Counted from the first letter of the stretch, positions 20,031 through 30,200 are shown. The stretch is 32,000 bases of DNA from Raphidiopsis brookii D9 (GCA_000175855.1 ACYB01000035.1:60001-92000); one strand, 5' to 3'. Notes: generated by a model not told the origin, from the letters alone. Translations and numbers: made by a program.

Positions 20031-21464
20031 GTGTCTGTGAGAGTTCGTATTGCGCCTAGTCCCACTGGGAATTTGCACATTGGTACAGCCAGAACGGCTG
20101 TATTTAACTATTTGTTTGCCCATCATCAAGGTGGAAAATTCATTTTACGCATTGAGGATACAGACTTAGAGAGGTCTCGTTTGGAATACACTGATAACAT
20201 TCTACAAGGACTAAGCTGGTTAGGATTAAATTGGGATGAAGGTCCCTTTTTCCAGTCTCAAAGATTAGAACTATACCAGTTAGCAGTGAAAAAACTATTG
20301 GACCAAGGTTTAGCCTATCGTTGTTATACCACAACGGAAGAATTAGAAGCTCTCAGGGAACTGCAAAAGGCGAGAAATGAAGCGCCCAGGTATGATAACC
20401 GTCACCGGGACTTGACCCAAGAACAGGAAGCAGAATTTGTCAAACAAGGACGTTCATACGTAATTAGATTTAAAATAGACGACCAGCGACAAATCCTCTG
20501 GAATGACCTAGTGAGGGGAGAAGTGAGTTGGCGTGGTAGTGATCTAGGTGGTGATATGGTCATTGCTCGTGCTAGTGATGATGGGATTGGTCAACCCCTA
20601 TATAACTTTGTGGTTGTAGTGGATGACATTGATATGGAAATCACCCATGTCATTCGTGGAGAAGACCATATTGCTAATACAGCTAAACAAATTTTGTTGT
20701 ATGAAGCACTGGGAGCAAACATTCCCGAATTTGCCCACACACCCCTGATTTTAAATCCAGAGGGGAGAAAACTATCAAAACGAGATGGGGTAACCTCCAT
20801 TTCAGACTTCCAGAAGATGGGTTTTACTGCACCAGCACTAGTCAATTATATGACTTTATTGGGATGGTCAGCACCGGACTCAACCCAGGAAATATTTACC
20901 TTAGAAGAAGCAGCAAGGGAATTTAGCTTTGACAGGGTGAACAAAGCGGGAGCAAAATTTGACTGGGATAAACTGGACTGGATTAATAGTCAGTACATAC
21001 ATAATATGCCAATAGGAAAACTAACGGATTTATTAATACCATTTTGGCAAGATGCAGGGTATAGCTTGACCGATGGTAGAGATAGGCCATGGTTAGAGCA
21101 GTTAGTGAGTTTAATAGCACCTAGTTTAACCCGCTTGGTGGATGCTCTACCTATGACCAAGATCTTTTTTGCCAAGGGAGTGGAGTTAACGGAAGAAGGG
21201 AGACAACAACTGGAGCAAGAAGGGGTAAAAGCCCTACTGAAAGCAATTTTGGTGGCTTTAGATATTGATACGGTAACAGGGGACACAGCGCAAAATATCC
21301 TCAAGCAAGTAGTCAAAGAACAGGGAGTAAAAAAGGGTTTAGTTATGCGTTCCTTGAGAGCAGCTTTAACAGGGGATGTACACGGTCCAGACTTAATTGA
21401 GTCCTGGGTATTGTTAAATAGGATTGGCTTGGATAAACCAAGACTGAGTCAAGCTCTAATATAG
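20031..21464 (+). CDS. gltX: Glutamyl-tRNA synthetase
   Basis: [26 protein letters not shown]; [13 protein letters not shown]; [13 protein letters not shown]. Confidence 0.96.
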   Translation: MSVRVRIAPSPTGNLHIGTARTAVFNYLFAHHQGGKFILRIEDTDLERSRLEYTDNILQGLSWLGLNWDEGPFFQSQRLELYQLAVKKLLDQGLAYRCYTTTEELEALRELQKARNEAPRYDNRHRDLTQEQEAEFVKQGRSYVIRFKIDDQRQILWNDLVRGEVSWRGSDLGGDMVIARASDDGIGQPLYNFVVVVDDIDMEITHVIRGEDHIANTAKQILLYEALGANIPEFAHTPLILNPEGRKLSKRDGVTSISDFQKMGFTAPALVNYMTLLGWSAPDSTQEIFTLEEAAREFSFDRVNKAGAKFDWDKLDWINSQYIHNMPIGKLTDLLIPFWQDAGYSLTDGRDRPWLEQLVSLIAPSLTRLVDALPMTKIFFAKGVELTEEGRQQLEQEGVKALLKAILVALDIDTVTGDTAQNILKQVVKEQGVKKGLVMRSLRAALTGDVHGPDLIESWVLLNRIGLDKPRLSQALI

Positions 21465-21558
21465 AAGGAGTGGGGGAAATGGGGGAGTTGGGAACCCAGA
21501 ATCTGGAATTTTTGTCTAGGTTTTATATAGCAGTAAATATCAAAGTAGAATAGATACC

Positions 21559-22062
21559 ATGGAAAAAAAAAGTCTGAATATACCAGTTGGATCAATTAGA
21601 CTATTAATACTCACAGTTGGTCTGGGAGCGATATTCGTAAATGATGATTTTGCCAATGGTCAACAAATGCCAACTATGTTTGGAGATGTACAGATTGGCC
21701 ACCAGTTCTCCCCGGATCCATTACTGGTAAGAGGAATGAGTGGTGGTTTGATTCCAGCTGGTAAAGTTAATAGTATGGATAATACTCCCACTGGTCCTTG
21801 TAGTGGATTTGTAGATGAAACACCAGACCATATTCTGAAATTAACTAGTAAGTTTGATTACTTAAAGCTACAAGTGGAAAGTCCAGAAGATACAACCATT
21901 ATGATTAGTGGAGTGGGTGGAACCTGGTGTAATGATGATTTGGATGGCAAGAATCCGGGGATTAGTGGTGAATGGTTGCAGGGTACCTATAAAATTTGGG
22001 TTGGATCCTATCAACAAGGAAAATATTTTCCCTATACTTTAAAAATTACGGAAGTTAAGTAA
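21559..22062 (+). CDS. Putative exported protein of unknown function
   Basis: 167 aa ORF; hydrophobic N-terminus (SIRLLILTVGLGAIFVNDDFANG), Gly/Pro-rich beta-type sequence, two cysteines in the mature region (CSGFVDETP, WCNDDLDGK). Confidence 0.65.
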   Translation: MEKKSLNIPVGSIRLLILTVGLGAIFVNDDFANGQQMPTMFGDVQIGHQFSPDPLLVRGMSGGLIPAGKVNSMDNTPTGPCSGFVDETPDHILKLTSKFDYLKLQVESPEDTTIMISGVGGTWCNDDLDGKNPGISGEWLQGTYKIWVGSYQQGKYFPYTLKITEVK

Positions 22063-22209
22063 TTGAGTTTTGATTAAGTTTTGTAAAATACTCAATGTCA
22101 GTACTTACTTTTATGTTAAGCTAGTTTGCAGCGGAGTCCACATTATACTAAACCCTAAAATTGCCAATGTTAGAATTCCACAGCTTATCTGAATTTTCTC
22201 GATCAAATT

Positions 22210-22531
22210 GTGTGGGGATTTGTGCTTTTTTTAGTTCCTGCTAACATACTAGCAACTGTAATGACACTTTTCCTGACATTTGTTAATAGACCAATATGGC
22301 AAGTATTTCAATCCGCTGGAATTGCAGCTGGGTTTTAGTTTTTTCATGGTCTGGCATGTTTATACTTGGTTTAGTATTGGTGTAATTATGCCCCCAACCT
22401 ATATTTTACTGAGTTTAGGAACTACTTGTCTGCTGACTAACTTGGGAGCAATAGTTTGGCGGGTCAGTTTTAGACATAGCACTCCATCTCCTCGGTCAAA
22501 ACTGATTGATGAAATTAACAGCAGCTTTTAA
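22210..22531 (+). pseudogene. Small membrane-protein gene, probably interrupted by a frameshift
   Basis: Frame of 22210 reads VWGFVLFLVPANILATVMTLFLTFVNRPIWQVFQSAGIAAGF* (TAG 22336-22338). From 22334 the adjacent frame reads FSFFMVWHVYTWFSIGVIMPPTYILLSLGTTCLLTNLGAIVW. Both are TM-like and join head-to-tail. Confidence 0.45.
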
Positions 22532-23176
22532 ATCTTCCAAGATAAAATCTGGTTGATAGAGTTCTAATTGAGTCCGATCTCGAATTCCGCTCTCTACCCC
22601 AATCATCTTGACACCATGTTTCTTAGCTGCTGTAATGTCTACTTCTGTATCCCCCACCATCCATACTTGAGTAGCAGGAGGAAGTTCTTTGATCGCTTTA
22701 GCCATTAACAATGCCTTATCTTCAATATCACGGGTTTTTACATAGTCGTTACTCAGACAATAACGGCGATCTTCTGGAAAAAATTTGTCTAAGTTAAACT
22801 TGTCAAAAGCATAGTTTAACTCCCTTACCCGTCGCATAGTCATCACTACTAAGTCAATTCCTGCTTCCTTTACCTTAACTAAAGCTTCCAAAGCTCCAGG
22901 AACCATCACATCATAGTCAAAGTAAGGCTCTGTATGTACGGTCTCTTTCCGAATTTTAGCGAACTCCTGTGCTTGTTCCGCATCCAGTCCAGACTGAAAG
23001 GCTATTTGTTTTTCAGGAGTATGCGATCGCTTGAATTGCCAAAATTCTTCTTTTGTTAGTTTATGAGTAACCTGGGATGGGTACTTGGTTTTTTGTAGAC
23101 ACAACAAGTAAACTTGATAGTATCGTTCAGAAACATCCATAATTGGTCCGTCAAAATCAGTAATTAGTCTTAGCAT
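22496..23176 (-). CDS. HAD-superfamily hydrolase
   Basis: LITDFDGPIMDVSERYYQVYLLCL, VVMTMRRVRELNYAF, VWMVGDTEVDITAAKKHGVKMIGVESG. Confidence 0.88.
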   Translation of the reverse strand: MLRLITDFDGPIMDVSERYYQVYLLCLQKTKYPSQVTHKLTKEEFWQFKRSHTPEKQIAFQSGLDAEQAQEFAKIRKETVHTEPYFDYDVMVPGALEALVKVKEAGIDLVVMTMRRVRELNYAFDKFNLDKFFPEDRRYCLSNDYVKTRDIEDKALLMAKAIKELPPATQVWMVGDTEVDITAAKKHGVKMIGVESGIRDRTQLELYQPDFILEDLKAAVNFINQF

Positions 23177-23257
23177 TGGCTATTCAAATAAATTTTTCCA
23201 TCCATCATTATCTCAAAAATTGGAACCGCTGTAAGAACCAAAGGTTTTTAAAAATCT

Positions 23258-24301
23258 TTAACTGGTGACGAAACCACGTTTAATCTGCTCATTTTCCATA
23301 GCGGTAAACAGGGCACGAAAATTACCTTCACCAAAACCAGAAGGATGGGAACGACGTTCAATAAATTCCAGAAAAAACGTCGGTTCCTTAAAAATTGGCT
23401 GGGTAAAGATCTGCAACAATAAGCCATTTGTAGATCCCTGAGAATCAATCAAAATTTCTTGCTGAGCGATCGCCTGAAATTCTGAGGGAGACAAAACAGA
23501 TTGGAACCGCTGATGTAGTTGTGAGTAATAACTTTGAGGTATGGAAAGAAAGGTCACACCAGCAGCACGAAAGCGGGCGATCGCCTGGGCAATATTTGTG
23601 GTACTTAGGGCGATGTGTTGCACACCGGAACCACGATTGAAATGTAAAAACTCCTGGATTTGAGAATTGTTAGATGTTGGTTGATTAATAGGGAATTTGA
23701 CTTTACCGTTACCAGAGATCATCACCTGACTGTTTAGTCCTGAGATTCCGGTGTGAATATTAAAACTTTGTTGAGGCTTAAATTCCAAAATATTTTCATA
23801 CCATTGAGCTGCTTTGATTAAATCTCCAGATTCAACATTTAGCACCACATGATCTATATCCAAAAAATTATCTTTTTCAATAATTGGTTCCCTGGGTAAC
23901 TCAATTAATGAATGACTGAGATTTCCCCAACCTTTTATTTGGCAATATTTACCAGATTGGGTTTTTTGAATAGGTTGTAAAACTATGGCACCATAATTGA
24001 TCACTCTTGCTGTGAATGTCTCTATATTCTCCACACGAAAAGCTACGTCTGCTACACCGGGGGGATGATGACATAAAAAATCTGCTACGGGACTAGTCTC
24101 CAATAATGGTGAAGAAATTAAAAAACAAACACTACCACTTCTGACCACTTGGGTATCAGTATCAGGCAATTTTTTGTGATTTATCAAATCGGAAGAAATT
24201 CCCTGATGGAGAACTGTTTCAAAACTTAAATTGTTGACAAACCAATCTCGCCACCTGTGGGCATTTTCTACATAAAAGTGAACATGATCAATTTGCAGCA
24301 T
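23258..24301 (-). CDS. hppD: 4-hydroxyphenylpyruvate dioxygenase-like (VOC fold)
   Basis: MLQIDHVHFYVENAHRWRDWF; GVQHIALSTTNIAQAIARFRAAGVTFL; FLEFIERRSHPSGFGEGNFRALFTAMENEQIKRG. The track ORF starts at 24331; the internal Met at 24301 fits better. Confidence 0.87.
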   Translation of the reverse strand: MLQIDHVHFYVENAHRWRDWFVNNLSFETVLHQGISSDLINHKKLPDTDTQVVRSGSVCFLISSPLLETSPVADFLCHHPPGVADVAFRVENIETFTARVINYGAIVLQPIQKTQSGKYCQIKGWGNLSHSLIELPREPIIEKDNFLDIDHVVLNVESGDLIKAAQWYENILEFKPQQSFNIHTGISGLNSQVMISGNGKVKFPINQPTSNNSQIQEFLHFNRGSGVQHIALSTTNIAQAIARFRAAGVTFLSIPQSYYSQLHQRFQSVLSPSEFQAIAQQEILIDSQGSTNGLLLQIFTQPIFKEPTFFLEFIERRSHPSGFGEGNFRALFTAMENEQIKRGFVTS

Positions 24302-24352
24302 ATTAGTTTTTATGGAATTATGTAATAGCACCTAAGTTTTTAAAAAATCCCC

Positions 24353-25081
24353 CTAAAAAAATAAATGACTCTCGGGTTGAATATTAATTTCCATTGGTAC
24401 TGCTTGAGGTTCTAATGATAAAGCATAAAAAATTGCATTGGCTGCGGTTTCACAACTTAACATTTTTGTTCTATCCACCTTCATGCTAACATGATCCCAA
24501 AAAGGAGAATCTATCCCACCAAAATAAAACAATGTAAACTTGACACCAAACCGTTTTAATTCTTCTGCCATGGACTTGCTAAATCCCACAACACCAAATT
24601 TAGAAGCAGAGTAAGCTGCTGCCATAGGCATTGAATGTTTACCTAATATACCTACTACATTACAGATATGACCAAATTTACGTTTTTGCATTTCTTTAGC
24701 AGCTGCTTGACAAGTATAAAAACAACCCTTTAGGTTTAAATCTAGAATTCGATTTAATTCGTCCGGGTGTATGTTATTATATGCTTTGAGAATTCCCATT
24801 CCTGCTGCATTAACTAAAATATCAATTTTACCAAAATGATCTATGGTTGTTTGTATTAGTGATTCTACCTGTTCTGGTTGAGTAATATCCGTTTCTACTA
24901 TCAGGGGTTCCGAAGATAAATCACCAGCCAGTTTTTGTAACTTTATGCCATCCTTACTAGATAGCACCAATCTTGCTCCCGTGGGTGCTAATTTACGGGT
25001 TAAAGCTGAACCAATACCACCGGTAGCACCAACGATGACTATAACTTGATCCTTGAGTCGGTTTTGAACTTGATCCTGCAT
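24353..25081 (-). CDS. Short-chain dehydrogenase/reductase (SDR)
   Basis: VIVVIGATGGIGSALTRKLAPTGARLVLSS; ILVNAAGMGIL; YSASKFGVVGFSKSMAEEL. Confidence 0.92.
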   Translation of the reverse strand: MQDQVQNRLKDQVIVIVGATGGIGSALTRKLAPTGARLVLSSKDGIKLQKLAGDLSSEPLIVETDITQPEQVESLIQTTIDHFGKIDILVNAAGMGILKAYNNIHPDELNRILDLNLKGCFYTCQAAAKEMQKRKFGHICNVVGILGKHSMPMAAAYSASKFGVVGFSKSMAEELKRFGVKFTLFYFGGIDSPFWDHVSMKVDRTKMLSCETAANAIFYALSLEPQAVPMEINIQPESHLFF

Positions 25082-25167
25082 GAGAGTGATAACGAGGTCA
25101 AACTACTCCAAGTAGTATAACAGATAGTGAACTCAAGAAAACTGCCATGGGTCAGGATAAAGTTAAG

Positions 25168-25554
25168 TTAAAATTTGATCCCTATTTGTCCGTTAAATCC
25201 CCGAACGGAGTTATATCCAGCTCCAATAAAAATGTGTTTACTTGTTTCCACGTGTACGCCACCGGAAAGTGACACCTCTTGCTTAGTGGAATAATAACCG
25301 ACTCCCAAGTATGGCGATATAAATGGTAGATTAATAAACTTGAGAACATCCGCACCCGTCACACCATCTTTACCAGTTCCCACTTCTAAACCAAAACCAA
25401 AAACCTTGACCCCCCCCGCGTATGTGATGGCGCTATCCTTAGACCCTACCGCTATCCAAGGTTCGGGAATCAGTTGTGCTGATGCTTGATTGGGGTTAAA
25501 TAACCCTAGCAACCCTATGGATGTAATAATCGCTTTGATAATTAATGGCTTCAT
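25168..25554 (-). CDS. Putative exported protein, possibly small outer-membrane beta-barrel
   Basis: With start at Met13 (25554): MKPLIIKAIITSIGLLGLFNPNQASAQLIPEPW... is a classical signal peptide. Alternating Gly/aromatic strands; last residue Phe. The track start at 25590 overlaps argS by 14 bp. Confidence 0.65.
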   Translation of the reverse strand: MKPLIIKAIITSIGLLGLFNPNQASAQLIPEPWIAVGSKDSAITYAGGVKVFGFGLEVGTGKDGVTGADVLKFINLPFISPYLGVGYYSTKQEVSLSGGVHVETSKHIFIGAGYNSVRGFNGQIGIKF

Positions 25555-25576
25555 CCTTCCTCTTTGTGTAAACGGT

Positions 25577-27334
25577 CTAGATTCTTTCAATCACTTTAAT
25601 ACCTAATAAACCCAGTCCTAATCCTAGTGTTCTTGCTGTTACATAACATAACATCAATCTAGAAGTTCTAATGGGGTCTTCTGTTTTAAGTACTGGACAC
25701 CTGTCATAGAATTTATTAAATTTCTCGCTGAGACTATACAAATACTCGCATAGACGATTAGGTAATAAATCCTGTTCTACTTGATAAAGTATGTCGTCTA
25801 ATTGTAACAAATGCTTGGCTAGAGCTAGTTCTGTCTCTTCTTGAAGAATAATTTTGGCATCGGGAGCCAAATTTTCAAAATCGATTTTACCTTCCCGACT
25901 AATACCCTGAGTTCGGACATAAGCATATAGCATATATGGTGCTGTATTGCCTTTTAAGGAAAGCATCTTATCGTAACTAAAAACATAGCTACTGGTACGA
26001 TTTTGACTTAAATCCGCATATTTTACCGCGCTTATACCAACTGTTTGAGCCACGTTATGGATAAATTCCGGGGTTTCTTGTCTACCTTCTTGTTGTAATC
26101 TAGCTTCTAAATCTGTGCGAGCGCGGAAAACTGCTTCATCCAATAGGTCCTTTAATCTTACCGTATCTCCAGAACGGGTTTTGAATTTTTTGCCATCTTC
26201 ACCCAAGACTAACCCAAAGGGAATGTGAACCAATTCCACATCATCGGGTATCCATCCAGCTTTTTGGGCAACTTGAAAAAATTGGGCGAAGTGATTTGCT
26301 TGTCCCGCATCGGTAACGTAAATTATCCTTTTAGCGTGATCTTCCCGAATGCGGTAAAGTAATGCTGCTAAATCTGTTGTGGCGTAGTTATAACCACCAT
26401 CTGATTTCTGTACGATTAATGGTAGTGCTTCTCCCTCTCTATTAGTAAATCCCTCTAAGAAAACACATTTTGCTCCTTGATTTTCTTCGACTAGTCCTGC
26501 TTTTTCTAAATCTTCCACTATTTTTGATAGAAAGGGATTATAAAATGATTCTCCTCTTTCAACTATTTTAATATCTAACAGGTCGTAAATTGTCTGAAAC
26601 TCTTTACGTGATTGTGCACACAATAAATTCCATGCATGAGTTGTATCTTCTGCTCCCGCTTGTAGTCTAACTACCTCTTGACGTGCTATTTCTTGAAAAG
26701 TTGGATCTGCATCAAATCTCTGCTTGGCTTGACGATAAAAGCTGACTAAATCTCCTATATTGAGAACATTGGCAGTGGTAAGCGCTTGTGGATATACCTC
26801 ACGTAAATAGGCAATTAACATGCCAAATTGTGTCCCCCAATCACCTACATGATTTAGTCTTAATACCTGATGACCACGAAACTCTAAAATTCTGGCAATA
26901 CAATCACCAATAATTGTGGAACGCAAATGTCCAACGTGCATTTCTTTAGCTATGTTTGGACTGGAAAAATCAACTATTTGCTTTTGGGGTTGATCCACTC
27001 TAGGAACTCCTAAACGGGGATCTGTTTTAATGGCATTCAGTTGTGATTCTAAATAGGATATTTGTAATTTTAGATTAATGAATCCAGGTCCGGCAATTTC
27101 TGGTACTTCACACAGATCTGAGACATCTAATTCCTCTACTATAGCTGCAGCAATGGACCTGGGATCCATCCCCAATTTTTTACTCAGGGATAATGCCACG
27201 TTGGCCTGAAAATCACCAAATTTAGGATTACTTGCTGCTACTAAAATGGGATCTACTTTCATATAAGCTTCGCCAAATCTAGCCACTAATGCTTGCTGTA
27301 GTTTCAATTTCAGTTTTTGTTGTGTAGGGTTCAT
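25577..27334 (-). CDS. argS: Arginyl-tRNA synthetase
   Basis: [35 protein letters not shown]; [17 protein letters not shown]; C-terminal anticodon-binding domain. Confidence 0.96.
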   Translation of the reverse strand: MNPTQQKLKLKLQQALVARFGEAYMKVDPILVAASNPKFGDFQANVALSLSKKLGMDPRSIAAAIVEELDVSDLCEVPEIAGPGFINLKLQISYLESQLNAIKTDPRLGVPRVDQPQKQIVDFSSPNIAKEMHVGHLRSTIIGDCIARILEFRGHQVLRLNHVGDWGTQFGMLIAYLREVYPQALTTANVLNIGDLVSFYRQAKQRFDADPTFQEIARQEVVRLQAGAEDTTHAWNLLCAQSRKEFQTIYDLLDIKIVERGESFYNPFLSKIVEDLEKAGLVEENQGAKCVFLEGFTNREGEALPLIVQKSDGGYNYATTDLAALLYRIREDHAKRIIYVTDAGQANHFAQFFQVAQKAGWIPDDVELVHIPFGLVLGEDGKKFKTRSGDTVRLKDLLDEAVFRARTDLEARLQQEGRQETPEFIHNVAQTVGISAVKYADLSQNRTSSYVFSYDKMLSLKGNTAPYMLYAYVRTQGISREGKIDFENLAPDAKIILQEETELALAKHLLQLDDILYQVEQDLLPNRLCEYLYSLSEKFNKFYDRCPVLKTEDPIRTSRLMLCYVTARTLGLGLGLLGIKVIERI

Positions 27335-27431
27335 ATTTTAATCAAGTCTATTGGTGTGGAAAACTCTAAAACTCGGTTGATTTTGGTGCTGTCTGACTAT
27401 CTTAACCGATGACTTGCTCACAATTTTATCT

Positions 27432-29678
27432 TTAGGATTCCACTATGGTCATATTGCGGATGCGCCAAGACTTTTGCTGGCGGGTTAAATCATATCTCAC
27501 TCTCAATGCTTCTCGACCAGATGTCTGGAGATTTTCCCCACGGTAAAAATGAGTGATTTCTTTAACTGTAGCTTCCACCACCGCATTGTTCGAGGTATTT
27601 CCTTCCTGACGAACAAGTTCTATTTTCACTTCATGTTCATACTTACGATAGCGCTTTATAGCCATATCCTGTTTAACTATAGATTGCCATTGGGATAGGG
27701 CTGGATTTATTAAAATTTTGTCTAATCGTTTGATCTCATGATTGGGACCCATTGCTGCTGCTTTCGTCGATAACCAGGTTTCAATTAGTCTTTGAGCGAT
27801 CGCCTTTGTGAGTTGACCAGATGGTGGTGGTGGTCGACGAGAGAGTGTAGATATAACAACTGGTGGTTGATTCAACTGTATGGCAAGTTTTCCTACCTGT
27901 AAATTTGGCTGGTCTACCATTTTACTGTTTAACCTCCCCCAAATCGTAGGTATTAAAAACCACATCCCTAATATACCTCCTAGTAGAAAAAATGTATTTA
28001 GTCGAAACAGTGCAGGAAATGTACGAGTAAAATTTTGTCTATACTTACTAGTATGTGACTGATTATATAAATGTCTTTCTTCTATCTGTTCTTCTTGAAT
28101 ACTAGTTGAACCTCGTCTACGATGTTTATACTTACTGGATTGCTTTGTTCCCCCCTCTGTGAGGAAACTATGAGAGTCATGACTATATTGTGAGATATTC
28201 CGATGAGGAGTGGAAATCTGAGAAGCCAGCTCTACATTGGTTTCCCTCCATTCTTCTAGGTTTTGGGAGGGACTTACAACAGGTAGGTGTTCATCTTCTC
28301 TCAAGCTATTATGGGGACTGCCAATCCCCCATGATGAACCAACCTGATTGTTGACTGTCCTTAGTTCCTCGGTTATGTATAGATCTGCTGGTAATTGCTC
28401 CAAGTATGCTTGCACCTGTTTATCAGCAAAATAATCTTTCAGGGAAGCCTGCTGTTTAGTTAAGTCTCGAAAATGGGGAAATACCTCTTGCTCTAACCAC
28501 TGCTCACAGTATAAACACAGTCCCGGTAACAAATCTGGTGAATCTTGAGACTGCTGTCTAATTATGGTCAATGGTTCATATTCCTGACTCAACTCTAACA
28601 CACTGGTTGCTTCTTCCGTTTGTCCTAGTAACAAAGCACACAGAGCTTGCTCTAAATGCACATCTTGACGCTTTGCCAATCGCAATAAAACATGTTTTGA
28701 CTGACGAATTAATGCCGGTTGTCTCTGGACAAATCCTCTAGCAATTAGTGTGTAAATAAGCAAGTAGGTTGCCACAGTCGAAGGTCTTTTACTTTCAGAT
28801 TCAAAAAGTTTATGTTGTTCCGATAAGGTTAAGTGGTGTCGTAGCTGTTGAATAAACCGGAGAAAATCGTCCACATTCAAACCCGTTTGATCATTTCCCA
28901 TACCATCAATGCCACCTCGTTGGTCGAGAATATTTTGTAGTAATTCCCAACCCTGATGACGCTCCTTGATGCGCTCGATTGGTAGAGCTAATAAATCCAA
29001 AATTCTATAAGGTCTCAGCTTACACAGATCTGCTGTAATTTCTGCCTGCACACTAGTAAACATTCTCTCCCGCAGTAACAGTTCCTCTCCTGTTTCTAAG
29101 GAGATGGCAGCATTCTCATAATTACCCTGTTGCCATTGTTCCCGTCCCAATTCCAAACAAGACAAGGAAACTGTTAGGATAATGTCTGACAACTCATCAG
29201 TACTCGTTAAGGTACGCCTTTGAGAGTGATGATCAGACTTAATAGCAACTCTATTAGTCAAGTATGGTTGACCTAACCTTAGCACCAGCTCATACTCACC
29301 CAACTCTTGAAGTAATACCAACGCACCAACTAAGTTCTCTTTGGTGACATCTATAGTTAGTTGAGGATTATGATTTTGGTGAGCCATTTCGCCACTGCTT
29401 GCCAATTCCGCTCCCAGATCCATTTTCGCTTGATCGTATGCGTATGCTAGATATACCTGATCGTATTTAGCACGCTCTTTTGAATCTGCGAGAACCATAT
29501 AAGCTTGTTCCAGGATTCGCTTGCGAGCAGCTATTGCCAAGGTAGAATATTCCCGTTGTGGCAGCTGTAGAATGCGATCATTATAGGCCTGACACAGTTG
29601 CTCCTCGGTTGCAGCCAATGGGAGTCCTAAAATTCGGTAATAATCGAGTGCGATTTGCACAGCTTGCTTCCCCTGCAC
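27432..29678 (-). CDS. zipN: Cell division protein ZipN/Ftn2 (ARC6 homolog)
   Basis: N-terminal DnaJ-like domain ALDYYRILGLPLAATEEQLCQAYNDR...SKERAKYD, central alpha-helical region, single TM (FFLLGGILGMWFLIPTIW), C-terminal IMS-like domain. Confidence 0.88.
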   Translation of the reverse strand: MQGKQAVQIALDYYRILGLPLAATEEQLCQAYNDRILQLPQREYSTLAIAARKRILEQAYMVLADSKERAKYDQVYLAYAYDQAKMDLGAELASSGEMAHQNHNPQLTIDVTKENLVGALVLLQELGEYELVLRLGQPYLTNRVAIKSDHHSQRRTLTSTDELSDIILTVSLSCLELGREQWQQGNYENAAISLETGEELLLRERMFTSVQAEITADLCKLRPYRILDLLALPIERIKERHQGWELLQNILDQRGGIDGMGNDQTGLNVDDFLRFIQQLRHHLTLSEQHKLFESESKRPSTVATYLLIYTLIARGFVQRQPALIRQSKHVLLRLAKRQDVHLEQALCALLLGQTEEATSVLELSQEYEPLTIIRQQSQDSPDLLPGLCLYCEQWLEQEVFPHFRDLTKQQASLKDYFADKQVQAYLEQLPADLYITEELRTVNNQVGSSWGIGSPHNSLREDEHLPVVSPSQNLEEWRETNVELASQISTPHRNISQYSHDSHSFLTEGGTKQSSKYKHRRRGSTSIQEEQIEERHLYNQSHTSKYRQNFTRTFPALFRLNTFFLLGGILGMWFLIPTIWGRLNSKMVDQPNLQVGKLAIQLNQPPVVISTLSRRPPPPSGQLTKAIAQRLIETWLSTKAAAMGPNHEIKRLDKILINPALSQWQSIVKQDMAIKRYRKYEHEVKIELVRQEGNTSNNAVVEATVKEITHFYRGENLQTSGREALRVRYDLTRQQKSWRIRNMTIVES

Positions 29679-29881
29679 CGTGTTTAATCCCCATCCTAGA
29701 GATATTTAACCTGGACCATTTCCACACAATATTGTACCAAAAAGCCGTCTCTAACGGAAATAACTACTTAATTTTAACCACCCAGGGACTAAACTTTATT
29801 CCTGGGGAAAAGAAAATGCTCGCAACATTTCTTTACCTAATATATCTTGACCCTCAGTTTCAGATATTATATTATTTTTCT

Positions 29882-29922
29882 GTAACGTAAGTTACGGAAT
29901 ATTGGTTTTGAGCGATTAAAAT
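29882..29922 (+). promoter_or_regulatory. Candidate NtcA-activated promoter
   Basis: GTAACGTAAGTTAC (29882-29895) matches GTA-N8-TAC and is a GTAAC-N4-GTTAC palindrome. A TAN3T-type -10 box TAAAAT lies at 29917-29922 with 21 nt between, close to the classical spacing. Confidence 0.65.
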
Positions 29923-29956
29923 CTACTATCTGAATTGAAGACAAGAGGTCACATAA

Positions 29957-30112
29957 ATGATTAGTTCTAGATCACAAGCAGCTAAAAAGGCTGAACAAGT
30001 ACACAGACAAAACATACTCAAAAATCTTGAGCACCGACTGGAAGCAGCAAGAATAAAAGGTGATGAGAGTCTAATTCGGCAATTAGAAGCCGAGCAAGCC
30101 TCTTATCATTAG
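29957..30112 (+). CDS. 51-aa basic/charged helical small protein (not in ORF track)
   Basis: MISSRSQAAKKAEQVHRQNILKNLEHRLEAARIKGDESLIRQLEAEQASYH*; AGAGGT ribosome-binding-like sequence (29944-29949) upstream; sits downstream of the candidate NtcA promoter. Confidence 0.7.
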   Translation: MISSRSQAAKKAEQVHRQNILKNLEHRLEAARIKGDESLIRQLEAEQASYH

Positions 30113-30200
30113 ACTAAAACCGTTCTAGTCTTTTTAGAACCAGTAAAATCGCCGTTGGTACTTCCTGTCCCATTTCAGGTGCTGTCCTTCGGCAATTTTT

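Noticed and set aside
20990-21316. 108-aa ORF antisense to gltX
   Set aside because: Fully antisense to a conserved gene and no independent coding signal.
29780-29805. CCCAGG-N14-CCTGGG inverted repeat upstream of zipN
   Set aside because: Only 6 bp with a long loop; insufficient to call a regulatory element.
29558-29890. 110-aa plus-strand ORF over the zipN 5' end
   Set aside because: Covers the zipN start codon region and leader antisense; no domain features, and it begins inside a strongly supported gene.
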